A DNA stretch of 64,000 nt, from the NCBI GenBank assembly GCA_019057475.1, contig DXJO01000006.1, forward strand, positions 160,001 to 224,000. Direction: 5' to 3'. Made by a program: the position numbers and the translations under genes. How positions within the stretch are numbered: the stretch's first letter is position 1; the number at the start of each line of letters is the position of its first letter. Origin of the DNA: Candidatus Thorarchaeota archaeon (lineage in GTDB: Archaea; Asgardarchaeota; Thorarchaeia; Thorarchaeales; Thorarchaeaceae). The notes beneath the pieces were generated by a model. That model was given only the letters and a program-made list of their open reading frames with translations. It was not told the DNA's origin and did not search any database. Below are positions 1 through 9,678 of the stretch, piece after piece.

Positions 1-249
1 GAAATACTGCCTTATTTTGAAAAGATATTGGCCGTTTACCCGGATTGGACTTGGGAACCACTTGAGATTATTCCAACTGAAAAGGGCTGCATCCTCAAGT
101 GGGAATGCACCATTCCCGTAGGTGGAAGAATCATCAATGAGAAGGGCCTTGATATTGTGGAGCTGAGGGGACGTAGGATTTGCAGGAACGAGGTGTACTT
201 CGACCAAACGCGTCTTGTTGCAGCGATTAAGAAACAGAAACGCGTGTAG
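1..249 (+). CDS. SnoaL/NTF2-like protein, 5'-truncated by the window edge
   Basis: Frame is open from base 1 (EILPYFEKILAVYPDWTW...); C-terminal 'GLDIVELRGRRICRNEVYFD' pattern is typical of SnoaL-like folds. Confidence 0.7.
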   Translation, partial: EILPYFEKILAVYPDWTWEPLEIIPTEKGCILKWECTIPVGGRIINEKGLDIVELRGRRICRNEVYFDQTRLVAAIKKQKRV

Positions 250-269
250 AGGTTAAGACACTTGGTGAA

Positions 270-1025
270 CTAGAGATTCCTGGCCCACGAGAGTATTTCT
301 TGATTGACCTTCGACGATTGCTCCAGCATGACACTGTGTCCTGCATTCTCGATGACAAGTAGCTGTGATTTCTCGATTTGGACATGCAGGTATTTGGAGT
401 ACTTCACAGGAGTCATCATATCCTGCGCTCCCACGATAATGAGTGTAGGAATTTGTATTTCCTTCAGCCTGTCCATGACATTGAACGCATTGCACAGCTC
501 ATAATCACGACGGATTACTGGCACGGGACACTTGCGGACTTCAGCAACTGATGCTTCTACGAGTTCTTTAGATGTGTTCTTGTGAAACATGAATTCTTCA
601 ACGGCACCCAAATATCCCTCGAAATCAGTGTTAAGAAGATCAAACACCATATCAGCTACTCTAAGCTTTGCTCCGGTCGCTATGAGAATGAGGCCGCTTA
701 GTCTGTCTGAATGTTGAAGAGCGTAGAGCTGTGCGAGTGCACCTCCCATCGAGTGCCCTGCAAGAATCGGCATTTCGTATTGCGATACAATCGAGTCAAT
801 ATCCTCAAGGTAGGATTCCACAAGGTTCTCATCCAACCGATCTTGGGTTCTGCCATGACCATTAAGGTCAAGCGCGACTACATACAAGCTATCCGAAAGA
901 CCTCTGTGTTGCATGAACCATGTTGCCGTGGAGCCTCCTGCTCCGTGAATCATGATGATGGTCCTTTGAGTGTCGTCACCCAATTCCTCGGTGTGCACGC
1001 TCATGAACAGCAAAGGAATTACCAT
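270..1025 (-). CDS. Alpha/beta hydrolase
   Basis: HGAGG oxyanion motif, GHSMGG nucleophile elbow, catalytic Asp (GAQD) and His (AGH). Confidence 0.92.
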   Translation of the reverse strand: MVIPLLFMSVHTEELGDDTQRTIIMIHGAGGSTATWFMQHRGLSDSLYVVALDLNGHGRTQDRLDENLVESYLEDIDSIVSQYEMPILAGHSMGGALAQLYALQHSDRLSGLILIATGAKLRVADMVFDLLNTDFEGYLGAVEEFMFHKNTSKELVEASVAEVRKCPVPVIRRDYELCNAFNVMDRLKEIQIPTLIIVGAQDMMTPVKYSKYLHVQIEKSQLLVIENAGHSVMLEQSSKVNQEILSWARNL

Positions 1026-1229
1026 GTCCTTTGAGTATTGTGGCGTGACCTCAAATAGCAGCCTAGATGAATGTCCCTACGGGAATTGACGACCCCATCT
1101 ACACTTGTTGTCAGGGGTCAATGAGTTTTTTAAGGCCTTTTGTGGCTTAGGGTCAAGTTGAGACGCTAGATATGCCCAGTGCAACTGGCGTTTACAGTTT
1201 CTCGGCCTAATGCATTAGGAGCATAGAGA

Positions 1230-2327
1230 ATGAGCTTTTCAAATAAAGGCATGATTGCCGCTGTTGTGATTGTAATAATCGCAGTTGCTGCAGTTGGTGC
1301 CTACATAGTAATTTACGATCCATTCGCTCCCCCGCCAGACGAATTTGTGGAGAATCCATACGACGTTGCCATTGTATTCGCCACGGGTGGTCTCGGTGAC
1401 AAGTCGTTTAATGACGGCTGTAAGCAGGGAGCGGATGACGCCGTAACAGAGCTTAGCATCAACTTTACGTATGTTGAGCCAACATCAATAACGGAATACG
1501 AAGGATTCCTTCGTTCATATGCGGAGCATACCGATTATGACGAACCCTATGACCTCATCATTAGCATTGGCTTCGATCAAGCGGATGCGGTGATGGCAGT
1601 TGCTGAAGACTACCCAAACCAATACATGGCTATTGTTGACATGTTCATTGACCCAGCGACTTATCCAAACGTTACGTCATTGCTCTTTAATGAGCATGAG
1701 GGCTCAGCCCTAGTCGGAGCAATGGCTGGACTGATGACTGAAACAGACATGGTCGGTTTCGTTGGTGGAATGGACATCCCGTTGATCAACAAGTTTGCAG
1801 CTGGATACGTATTTGGTGCAAACTACACAAACAAAGGTATCAACCACACAATCGCTTACGTGGGCGATTGGGCTAACCCAAGCGTGGGTCAGACTCTGGC
1901 GAACGGAATGTATGCTGCAGGAACGGATGTGATATTCGCAGCTGCAGGGCGGTCTGGTCTCGGAGTCATTGCCAGTGCAAAGGCGAACAATATTTCTCAC
2001 GCTTACCATACTTGGGCGATTGGTGTCGACAGTCCACAGATGTACCTTGGTTGCGTGGATCCGGAGTATCCTGAGCCTCCAACACTGGTCATGACATCGA
2101 TGCTGAAGAGAGTTGATGTTGCGGTCTACAACGTAATTGAACAGGTCGTTGATGGCTCATACACTGGAGGTCTAATGTTCTTCAGTCTATCGAATGGTGG
2201 TATTGACTACGAGATCAATGAGGATCTCCTAGTGATTGCCCCTGCCATCATAACTGAGATCAACACTCTCAAGGCTGCCATCATAGCCGGCACCGTCGTT
2301 GTCCCAGATGAGATTTACTGGACATAA
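1230..2327 (+). CDS. BMP-family (nucleoside/purine) ABC substrate-binding protein
   Basis: N-terminal TM anchor; GGLGDKSFN, FNEHEGSALVG, IGVD and SMLKRVD motifs. Confidence 0.93.
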   Translation: MSFSNKGMIAAVVIVIIAVAAVGAYIVIYDPFAPPPDEFVENPYDVAIVFATGGLGDKSFNDGCKQGADDAVTELSINFTYVEPTSITEYEGFLRSYAEHTDYDEPYDLIISIGFDQADAVMAVAEDYPNQYMAIVDMFIDPATYPNVTSLLFNEHEGSALVGAMAGLMTETDMVGFVGGMDIPLINKFAAGYVFGANYTNKGINHTIAYVGDWANPSVGQTLANGMYAAGTDVIFAAAGRSGLGVIASAKANNISHAYHTWAIGVDSPQMYLGCVDPEYPEPPTLVMTSMLKRVDVAVYNVIEQVVDGSYTGGLMFFSLSNGGIDYEINEDLLVIAPAIITEINTLKAAIIAGTVVVPDEIYWT

Positions 2328-2338
2328 TCTGAATATCT

Positions 2339-2373
2339 AGAGGGGCATAACGCCTCTCTTCTCCCCTTTTTTT
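2339..2373 (+). terminator. Stem-loop plus C/U tract after the BMP gene
   Basis: AGAGGGGC-ataac-GCCTCTCT stem followed by TCTCCCCTTTTTTT. Confidence 0.6.
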
Positions 2374-2478
2374 GCATTACCGTTCGACAGCTCCAGCTCT
2401 ATCCCTATATATTAAATACCGCGACGTTTCAGCCTTGATGCAACCGTATCTCGTGTCAGGAAGACAGAGGTCAGTGGA

Positions 2479-4245
2479 ATGGAACAAGAAGGCAGGTATG
2501 CTGTTGAGCTTATCGGGATAAACAAGACGTTTCCCGGAGGAATCCAAGCAAACAAGGACATCACTCTCAGAATCCGCGAGGGCGAAGTCCATGGTCTGCT
2601 AGGGGAAAATGGAGCAGGCAAAAGCACCATCATGAATATTCTGTACGGGTTCCTTTCAAAAGACTCTGGACGCATAATTATTAGGGGTGAAGAAATCGAA
2701 CCAAAGTCGCCGCAGGACGCTATCGACCGTGGTGTGGGTATGGTTCACCAACACTTCAAGCTTATTCCTCCTCTGACGGTAACTGAGAATGTGATTCTAG
2801 GGCTTGAGCCAGCTTCAAAGAAACCAGACCGAGATAACTCTCTGGCTATGATTTCGGCGTCCCTATTGGTTCTCTTTCTCATGTACTTCTTTCTCCCTCC
2901 TGTTGAATTTCTATTCAGCGCTGCAGTACTTTTAGTTTTTCTTACGGTGTTAATTAGGCCACTTCAAGGAATCGGAAACTCTGCGACTCTAGCACGATTC
3001 GGAAGACTGCTTGGAAGATTAGGAAGCGATGTTCTACCTCTTGGCTTTGATGACGCGGCCAAGAGAATTCAGCGGATTGCAGATGAGAATGGACTGCTAG
3101 TTGATCCGTACGCTATAGTTCAAGACCTCTCAGTGGGACTTCAGCAGCGTGTTGAGGTGATTAAGACTCTATACCGTGAGGCAGATATCTTAATTCTTGA
3201 TGAACCAACAAGCGTACTCACACCACAAGAGGTTGATGAGTTATTCGTGACTCTGGAAACCTTCAAGGAGAGCGGCAAGACCATCATATTAATCACTCAC
3301 AAGCTGCGCGAACCTATGGCTCTGTGTGACAGGATTAGCGTTCTTCGAGATGGAGCCCTCGTAGGAACAGTCAACAAAGATGAAACTTCAGCCGAGGAGC
3401 TTGCGCAGATGATGGTGGGCCGCCCTGTTGTCTTTACTGTTGAGAAACCTCCTGCAACTCCGGGAGAGATTGTTCTCAATGTGAATGACTTGAAAGTGGA
3501 AGACCATCGAGGACTACCGAAAGTCATAGGTGTTTCCTTTCAAGTCCGTGCTGGTGAAATACTTGGAATAGCTGGCGTAGAAGGCAATGGCCAGACTGAG
3601 CTTGTTGAAGCATTGGTTGGCCTTCGAAAGCCCTCGGGCGGAGCGATATTCGTAGGTGATATCCATACAACAGGCAAGAATCCCCGGTTTGTGCGAGAAG
3701 CTGGAGTTAGTCATATTCCTGAAGACCGTCACCGTAGAGGTCTGATTCTACCATTTACCGTGGAGGAGAACCTTATACTGGGACAGCACTATAAACCACC
3801 CTTCATTTCTATGCCAGGTATTTTGGCATTGGATACGTTCGGAAGTATTTCCGGTGAACTCGTGGAGAAATACTCAATAAAGACAACGGGAGTTGATAGT
3901 TTTGCCAACACTCTTTCCGGCGGCAATCAGCAGAAGCTTATTGTAGCTAGGGAACTGGAATCGAGTCCGAAACTGTTGATTGCTGCTCAGCCCACAAGAG
4001 GGCTGGACGTCGGTGCCACAGAGTTTATCCATAAGACATTGATTTCGATGCGTGATCAGGGAGTTGCCATTCTACTTGTTTCTGCCGAACTGGACGAGAT
4101 AAGGTCTGTTACTGATCGCATTCTAGTCATGTTTGACGGACGAATAGTGGGAGAGAAGATGTCAGATGAAACGGATGCTCAAGAGCTTGGGCTGCTCATG
4201 GCAGGACATTTGGATGGAGAAGAGCAAACGGAGGCAATCAATTGA
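2479..4245 (+). CDS. Nucleoside/sugar ABC transporter ATP-binding protein (CUT2 double NBD) with hydrophobic insertion
   Basis: GENGAGKST, LSVGLQQ, ILDEPT, second-domain LSGGNQQK and AAQPTRGLDVG. Confidence 0.93.
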   Translation: MEQEGRYAVELIGINKTFPGGIQANKDITLRIREGEVHGLLGENGAGKSTIMNILYGFLSKDSGRIIIRGEEIEPKSPQDAIDRGVGMVHQHFKLIPPLTVTENVILGLEPASKKPDRDNSLAMISASLLVLFLMYFFLPPVEFLFSAAVLLVFLTVLIRPLQGIGNSATLARFGRLLGRLGSDVLPLGFDDAAKRIQRIADENGLLVDPYAIVQDLSVGLQQRVEVIKTLYREADILILDEPTSVLTPQEVDELFVTLETFKESGKTIILITHKLREPMALCDRISVLRDGALVGTVNKDETSAEELAQMMVGRPVVFTVEKPPATPGEIVLNVNDLKVEDHRGLPKVIGVSFQVRAGEILGIAGVEGNGQTELVEALVGLRKPSGGAIFVGDIHTTGKNPRFVREAGVSHIPEDRHRRGLILPFTVEENLILGQHYKPPFISMPGILALDTFGSISGELVEKYSIKTTGVDSFANTLSGGNQQKLIVARELESSPKLLIAAQPTRGLDVGATEFIHKTLISMRDQGVAILLVSAELDEIRSVTDRILVMFDGRIVGEKMSDETDAQELGLLMAGHLDGEEQTEAIN

Positions 4246-5804
4246 GCGAAAATCGTCTGCAAGATACCCGAGAGCCGTCTAATGAAACTCAGACAAGCCT
4301 GCTATCACGAATTCAGGCTGACGTCGAGCAGATACGCATCAAACTAGTTAATATTGCTGAGGAAGCACCTCGTCCAATCAAGCCAATCATAGTCGCAGTT
4401 GCGAAGCTGCTGACTTGGACCTTCTGGAAGCCAGTGATCTGGGCGATCTTCTCGGTTATTCTGGCGGTCATCACAAGTGCTGTCATTATGGAGCTTTCTG
4501 GATACAATTCGAGTGAAGCTTTCATTGCCCTCATCACTGGAGCGTTAAGGCAATTCGACAGGGTTCTCTTCTTTTCAACACCACTGATCTTCACAGGATT
4601 GTCTGTGGCTTTCGTCTTCAAGAGTGGTTTGTTCAATATTGGCGCCGAAGGTCAGCTCTACATGGGCTCTATGGCTGCCGCAATATTGGGGTACATAATC
4701 CCACTTCCGTACGGGGTTCACCCTCTAGTGTGTCTCGCAACAGGGGTTCTTGCAGGAGCACTATGGGGGTTCCTTCCAGGTCTGCTCAAGGCTTACAGAG
4801 GCGCGCACGAGGTGGTCACCACAATGATGTTGACCTACACTGCGATTCTGTTCACGCAGTGGTTGGCTGCTGGACCGCTGAAAGAACCCGGCGAGTTCCA
4901 GTGGAATGCCCAAACAGCACGAATCCTTGAAACAGCCGAACTGCCAACTATATGGGGAAACTACCTTCACGCAGGCTTCCTCGTGGCAATCGTCTGTGTC
5001 ATCGTTGTGGCATTCATACTGAATCGCACCGTCATGGGATACGAGATGAGAGCTGTCGGACTAAATGAAGCGGCAGCTGAAACTGCAGGGATTAATCCGA
5101 AGAAAAACATGGCGTTGTCGCTGGCTATCGGCGGCGGTCTCGCTGGGCTTGCGGGGGCATCTGAGGTTCAGGGCAATCTTCATCGCTTCTACAACCTCTG
5201 GTCACCGGGTTTGGGATTCGACGGAATCACAGTCGCTGTGTTAGGCAGTAACAACCCGTTTGGCTGTTTGTTGGCTGCGATTTTCTTTGGATTCCTAAGA
5301 GCTGGAGGAAATGCTATGCATCAGCAGGCTCATGTGCCGATTGAGATGGTGGGCGTGATGCAAGGCCTCGTTGTGCTCTTTGTAGCGGCTCCACGGCTCG
5401 TACAGTGGATGGCAGATCAATCATTAGATTACGGAAAATGGTTTAGCGTCGAGAAAGCGCGACCAATCCTATTCATATTCAATATGGCTATTGTCCTTTA
5501 CGGAGCTTGCTTCAGTTTCAGCTTGCTAGGTGAAACTCAGCTTGGGCTGGCGTTCATTGGCATCTCTGCCGCGGTGAGCATTCTAAGCATTGCTGCATTC
5601 TTCCTCCTTTTCGCAAGAAACTGGCGAGGCATCATCGTTTCTCTCATTGTGTCAATGTGTTGGTTTGCATTAGCAGTGATCGGAATGGGAGCTGGCGCCG
5701 ATACTGGTTTCATATTTCTGGTTGGTTTGGTGCAAGCTGTCTTGTCAGGGTTATCACTATTGCTGGTGAAAGGCGTTGGCCAATCCAAGGGAGGTGGTGC
5801 CTGA
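4242..5804 (+). CDS. Nucleoside ABC permease 1 with extra C-terminal TM segments
   Basis: GLFNIGAEGQ, HEVVTTMML, GYEMRAVG and GFDGITVA motifs. Confidence 0.9.
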   Translation: MSENRLQDTREPSNETQTSLLSRIQADVEQIRIKLVNIAEEAPRPIKPIIVAVAKLLTWTFWKPVIWAIFSVILAVITSAVIMELSGYNSSEAFIALITGALRQFDRVLFFSTPLIFTGLSVAFVFKSGLFNIGAEGQLYMGSMAAAILGYIIPLPYGVHPLVCLATGVLAGALWGFLPGLLKAYRGAHEVVTTMMLTYTAILFTQWLAAGPLKEPGEFQWNAQTARILETAELPTIWGNYLHAGFLVAIVCVIVVAFILNRTVMGYEMRAVGLNEAAAETAGINPKKNMALSLAIGGGLAGLAGASEVQGNLHRFYNLWSPGLGFDGITVAVLGSNNPFGCLLAAIFFGFLRAGGNAMHQQAHVPIEMVGVMQGLVVLFVAAPRLVQWMADQSLDYGKWFSVEKARPILFIFNMAIVLYGACFSFSLLGETQLGLAFIGISAAVSILSIAAFFLLFARNWRGIIVSLIVSMCWFALAVIGMGAGADTGFIFLVGLVQAVLSGLSLLLVKGVGQSKGGGA

Positions 5805-6862
5805 TGGAATTCTCTATGAAACGTTTCCTCCGAAGAGACGTGATAATACCTGTGGTCCTTCTAGCGTCAATCACAATACTCCTGAAACTGACCTATGATA
5901 CAGTCGATGATACTGAAACATTCTATGCACTCACAGGCTGGCTTCTGGAGGCCACTCTGCAGTCCGCAACTCCGCTCATTCTAGCTGCACTGGGAGGAAT
6001 GTTTTCTGAAAAGTCAGGTGTTGTCAACATAGGCCTAGAAGGAATGATGCTTATTGGAGCGTTCGCTGCTGTTGCGGCCACCTACTTCTTCTACGACCCC
6101 TGGATCGGACTTATCGTTGCAGTTCTGGCTGGTGGCGCACTTGCTGTAGTCCACGCGATCATCAGTGTAAAGATGAAAGGGAATCATATCGTTAGCGGAA
6201 CCGGGATAATACTTTTCGCGGCGGGGTTCACGACCTTGATGCTGGAGGTCATCTGGAATCGGAAGGGTATGTCAGAGCAGGTCGCTGCACTCCCAAAAGT
6301 AAGTATGCCTTTCTTGCGGGATATCCCCATTATTGGCGTTGCTTTCGATAATCTATCACCTATTGTGTATTTCACCTTCGTTTTGGTTATAGTCAGCTGG
6401 TACGTGATGTATCGCACCCCGTTCGGTCTTAGATTGCGAGCAGCTGGAGAGGATCCAAGCACACTTGACGCAGCAGGAGTTAGTGTTGAGAAGTATCGAT
6501 TCGTTGGTGTTGTGATCAGCGGGCTCCTCGCTGGTCTTGGTGGTGCCTACTTAAGCATCGGCCGAGAACTCCCAGCCTTTGGAAAACAGATGACTGCAGG
6601 CAGAGGGTTCATTGCTCTTGCTGCATTGATATTTGGTAACTGGTCTCCTCTGGGCGTACTCATAGCTGGCTTATTCTTTGGATTCCTAGATACACTGCGA
6701 TTCTTTGTAGGCTTTGTGCCTGCTTGGGAATGGGTTCAGGGTTATAGTCAGTTCCTTCAAATGATGCCATTTGTTTTGGTGGTGCTCGCTCTTGCTGGAA
6801 TCCGCAAGTCAGTACCTCCGAAAGCCATCGCGGTTCCATATGAGAAGGAGGTAAAAGCCTAG
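5804..6862 (+). CDS. Nucleoside ABC permease 2
   Basis: SEKSGVVNIGLEG, GLRLRAAGE and GRGFIALAA motifs; ATG at 5804 overlaps the upstream TGA, with GGAGGTGG upstream. Confidence 0.9.
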   Translation: MEFSMKRFLRRDVIIPVVLLASITILLKLTYDTVDDTETFYALTGWLLEATLQSATPLILAALGGMFSEKSGVVNIGLEGMMLIGAFAAVAATYFFYDPWIGLIVAVLAGGALAVVHAIISVKMKGNHIVSGTGIILFAAGFTTLMLEVIWNRKGMSEQVAALPKVSMPFLRDIPIIGVAFDNLSPIVYFTFVLVIVSWYVMYRTPFGLRLRAAGEDPSTLDAAGVSVEKYRFVGVVISGLLAGLGGAYLSIGRELPAFGKQMTAGRGFIALAALIFGNWSPLGVLIAGLFFGFLDTLRFFVGFVPAWEWVQGYSQFLQMMPFVLVVLALAGIRKSVPPKAIAVPYEKEVKA

Positions 6863-6927
6863 TATCTTTGGGAGATCATTACGCCTGCACTATGCTTAAA
6901 TCACGAACTCGTCGAGGGTCGTTTGCC

Positions 6928-7371
6928 TTGAAGAAAAACGTACACAACAGCAATGCCTTCCTTCTCTGTTTGGTAGGTGGTATTCTGATGATGCTTGCAG
7001 GAATTAGTGGGACACTCCAGCTTATGGGGGAACTCCTTCTGAGCAACGAAGATGTCATGGACCCAACAGCTATGATGACTGTTGAAATCGTAACAGGTAT
7101 GTTGGTACTGCTGACTGCACTGGGTGGATTGGGAGTCATTGCCAGCGGCATCATTCTAACAACAAGAAGAGTACAATTGGGCCGGATACTTGTGGCTCTA
7201 TTTACAGGAATGGGGGTCCTAGGATTAGTGACTAATCTAGCCCAGCTTGTAATGGTGGGCACTTTGGCAATGGATCTAATGCATCAGGTGGGCCAATCAC
7301 TTGGTTGGATAGGAGCGATTTTCGCAATCATCGCTCGAACAGTAGCTGTGCAGAAGCCCATAGTGGAATAG
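6928..7371 (+). CDS. Hypothetical 4-TM membrane protein
   Basis: Four hydrophobic segments; start uncertain (6868, 6892 or 6928). Confidence 0.65.
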   Translation: MKKNVHNSNAFLLCLVGGILMMLAGISGTLQLMGELLLSNEDVMDPTAMMTVEIVTGMLVLLTALGGLGVIASGIILTTRRVQLGRILVALFTGMGVLGLVTNLAQLVMVGTLAMDLMHQVGQSLGWIGAIFAIIARTVAVQKPIVE

Positions 7372-7394
7372 GTATCGTCACTGACAGGGAGCAA

Positions 7395-7790
7395 TCAACC
7401 GAACCCCATGGCCGAAACAGAGCTCTCGATACTCTTCGCAGCCTGCACACACTCCCGAAGGATTCCGCTCTTGTCTGTATCCATGCGCGTAAAGATGGAA
7501 ACGAACCAAACCCCTTTGCCTGTACCGCAGATAAAACTGAGTGCTCCTTCTGGGTTTATTCCAACAAAGCCATTCTCTGTTGTCAATGCCGAGAGAAATG
7601 CCATCCCGCCTACTGTGAAGCTCTGAGCTTGGTGTTGCCATGACGCTAGAATCGCTGGAACATCCTGAGCAATCTGCATATTCTCCGTAGCATATGCCAC
7701 CCTTCCTTCATAGGTGAAAACACACGACCCGAGAATCTCGCTGTAATTACTCATTGCTACGTCAATTGTTCGTTTGATGCGCATCACCAT
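7395..7790 (-). CDS. Asgard-type profilin
   Basis: About 131 aa; 'GRVAYATENMQIAQDV', 'SFTVGGMAF' and 'FVGINPEG' match the recalled Asgard profilin pattern (GxxxxxTENWxI, SxxxxGxKY, xxGTNxxG). Confidence 0.75.
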   Translation of the reverse strand: MVMRIKRTIDVAMSNYSEILGSCVFTYEGRVAYATENMQIAQDVPAILASWQHQAQSFTVGGMAFLSALTTENGFVGINPEGALSFICGTGKGVWFVSIFTRMDTDKSGILRECVQAAKSIESSVSAMGFG

Positions 7791-7858
7791 TGCTGATTCC
7801 TTTGCGGTTTGTCTGCTGATATTGAAATAGCTATGTTGCGCATCCTTGACCAAGAAAT

Positions 7859-8461
7859 CTACGAAGCTGGGTTTATGCTTGCTATGGCCTTGGCCATCAA
7901 CAGAGCACGATGGTGTAGCTCATCATGTCCAATCCATGTGGTGAAGCGTCCATTTTTGGAAGACATGCCGTGTCGCAAAGCGATGCTATAGAGATTATTT
8001 CCAGTTAAGGGGCAGGATGTGAATCGGTAGACAAACCAGTCTCCGGAGCTTGCTTCTTTGATTCTGCATCGTACGTCAATGTGACTACCGCTCTCAAGAA
8101 AGACTCTGAAGCGCTTACCGATGTTTTGCTTAATTCTCACATTCTGTCCGAAGAGACCTCGAAAAGCCGCTTCGGTGTAGGAAACGGCTGGACTCGGAAA
8201 GAAAGCCCACGACCAGAAACCATATGCAAAGACAATCAAAGAGAAAGCTAGGAAGAACGCTACCGTGTTAAGGGAAGCCACTACCTCGAAAATCTCTATC
8301 CAACCCGCTGGAAACCATTCAGGAGGCGTTGCCCCGAATCCATGAATTCCTGTACTGTAGAAGCTGTAAAACACAACTGTGAAGATAATCGTAAGCGTAG
8401 CTATGGTTGCCCTCTGCCTGCTGTTGTACAGGCCTTGTGCTTGCTTCAGAAGGCAATCCAT
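7859..8461 (-). CDS. Hypothetical membrane protein (2 TM plus soluble C-domain)
   Basis: Two hydrophobic stretches; GGAGG precedes the ATG at 8461. Confidence 0.7.
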   Translation of the reverse strand: MDCLLKQAQGLYNSRQRATIATLTIIFTVVFYSFYSTGIHGFGATPPEWFPAGWIEIFEVVASLNTVAFFLAFSLIVFAYGFWSWAFFPSPAVSYTEAAFRGLFGQNVRIKQNIGKRFRVFLESGSHIDVRCRIKEASSGDWFVYRFTSCPLTGNNLYSIALRHGMSSKNGRFTTWIGHDELHHRALLMAKAIASINPAS

Positions 8462-8463
8462 TC

Positions 8464-8814
8464 CTACTCCTCCAACGCTTTGGCATAGATCTTCGAAGTA
8501 TCTTCCCCGTATTTCCTGCACAACTCAACAAGCACTAGCAACAGAGGGTGCTCACTATTGATTCTGATTGCGTGAAGTCTTGGAGTGAGCTCGTCTATCA
8601 AGATCATGTTATCTTCCTTCATGTGAGTTAAGACTCCTCGGTAAAGGCTTCTTGACTTTCCGCTGTAGCCAATAAGGCGGCTTAGTTGAACACCACTCAC
8701 ACTTCGGGGGTACACGTGGCTTAGCGCAAGGAGAATCGCTCTCCGAGTTTCATTAAGAGAAGACATGAGCTGAACCAGTTCGTACACCGTGTGCAGAGTA
8801 TCGTCATCAGCCAT
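8464..8814 (-). CDS. Winged-helix DNA-binding protein
   Basis: 'RRAILLALS...SGVQLSRLIG' HTH followed by a beta-wing. Confidence 0.7.
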   Translation of the reverse strand: MADDDTLHTVYELVQLMSSLNETRRAILLALSHVYPRSVSGVQLSRLIGYSGKSRSLYRGVLTHMKEDNMILIDELTPRLHAIRINSEHPLLLVLVELCRKYGEDTSKIYAKALEE

Positions 8815-9072
8815 CCTTCTCGCCGGTCTATTTAGTTACTTGTGCTTATTTGAACACAAAGCCATGTAAATACTCAGAACGAAGCAATGGTTACTTGCCT
8901 TTGGGGATGCAAATGTTCGTTCGGAGTCGAACAATTGGTCGGCATTTTCTATTTTTCGGACAGAAAAGCAGCCATTTCTCAACATCGACACCTTTCGACT
9001 TTTCGTTCCCAATATGAGCAGCAAAGTGTTAATAGCGTTCATTCGGGCAATTCAATTGAGTTCAGTAGTTTA

Positions 9073-9678
9073 GTGGAGGTTTTCATTATTAGCACGTTTG
9101 GAAGTAAATATTTCGGGTGGCTTGCGTCTCTAGTCATTGTTCTTGCCGCTGGCTGGTTTCTGCTGCCTACGGGATATGTCACCTTAATTCAATGGCTCTC
9201 GCCTATCCTAGGCAACTATGTACGGCCGACCTTTGTGATGGTCAACATCCTGGTTGTGAACCCCCTGGGGAACCTTGTCATGGCTGCAATCTGGGTTATC
9301 GCAGGGTTGGTGGGAGGATTAATGTCAGGAACTAAGAAAGGAGGCATCTTGATCGCGTTCATGACTTGGTTCAGCTGCATTGGTATAGGCGTTTTCTGTC
9401 TAATTCAATTCTTGTTGCCAGTCATGGAGGGAACAATCACCATGTCCATGCCGCCGATTCCGCCGGGAACATCCCTTGCTGATGTTCTGTCAATTCCATT
9501 AGTCCAGTCGTTCATCAGCGATTTGCCTGGGCTAATCGCCAGTATGACCGGTGGTGGCAGTGGGCCCGATTTTGTCGGTCTCGTTATGTCAGTCGCGGTC
9601 TACGTTCTCTCACCATTGATAATCGCCATAATCGGGGGCATTGTTGGCGCAATCCTTAGACCAAAGGAGGAATTTTAG
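9073..9678 (+). CDS. Hypothetical multi-pass membrane protein
   Basis: About 4-5 TM segments; start uncertain (GTG at 9073 chosen; ORF open from 8887). Confidence 0.7.
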   Translation: MEVFIISTFGSKYFGWLASLVIVLAAGWFLLPTGYVTLIQWLSPILGNYVRPTFVMVNILVVNPLGNLVMAAIWVIAGLVGGLMSGTKKGGILIAFMTWFSCIGIGVFCLIQFLLPVMEGTITMSMPPIPPGTSLADVLSIPLVQSFISDLPGLIASMTGGGSGPDFVGLVMSVAVYVLSPLIIAIIGGIVGAILRPKEEF

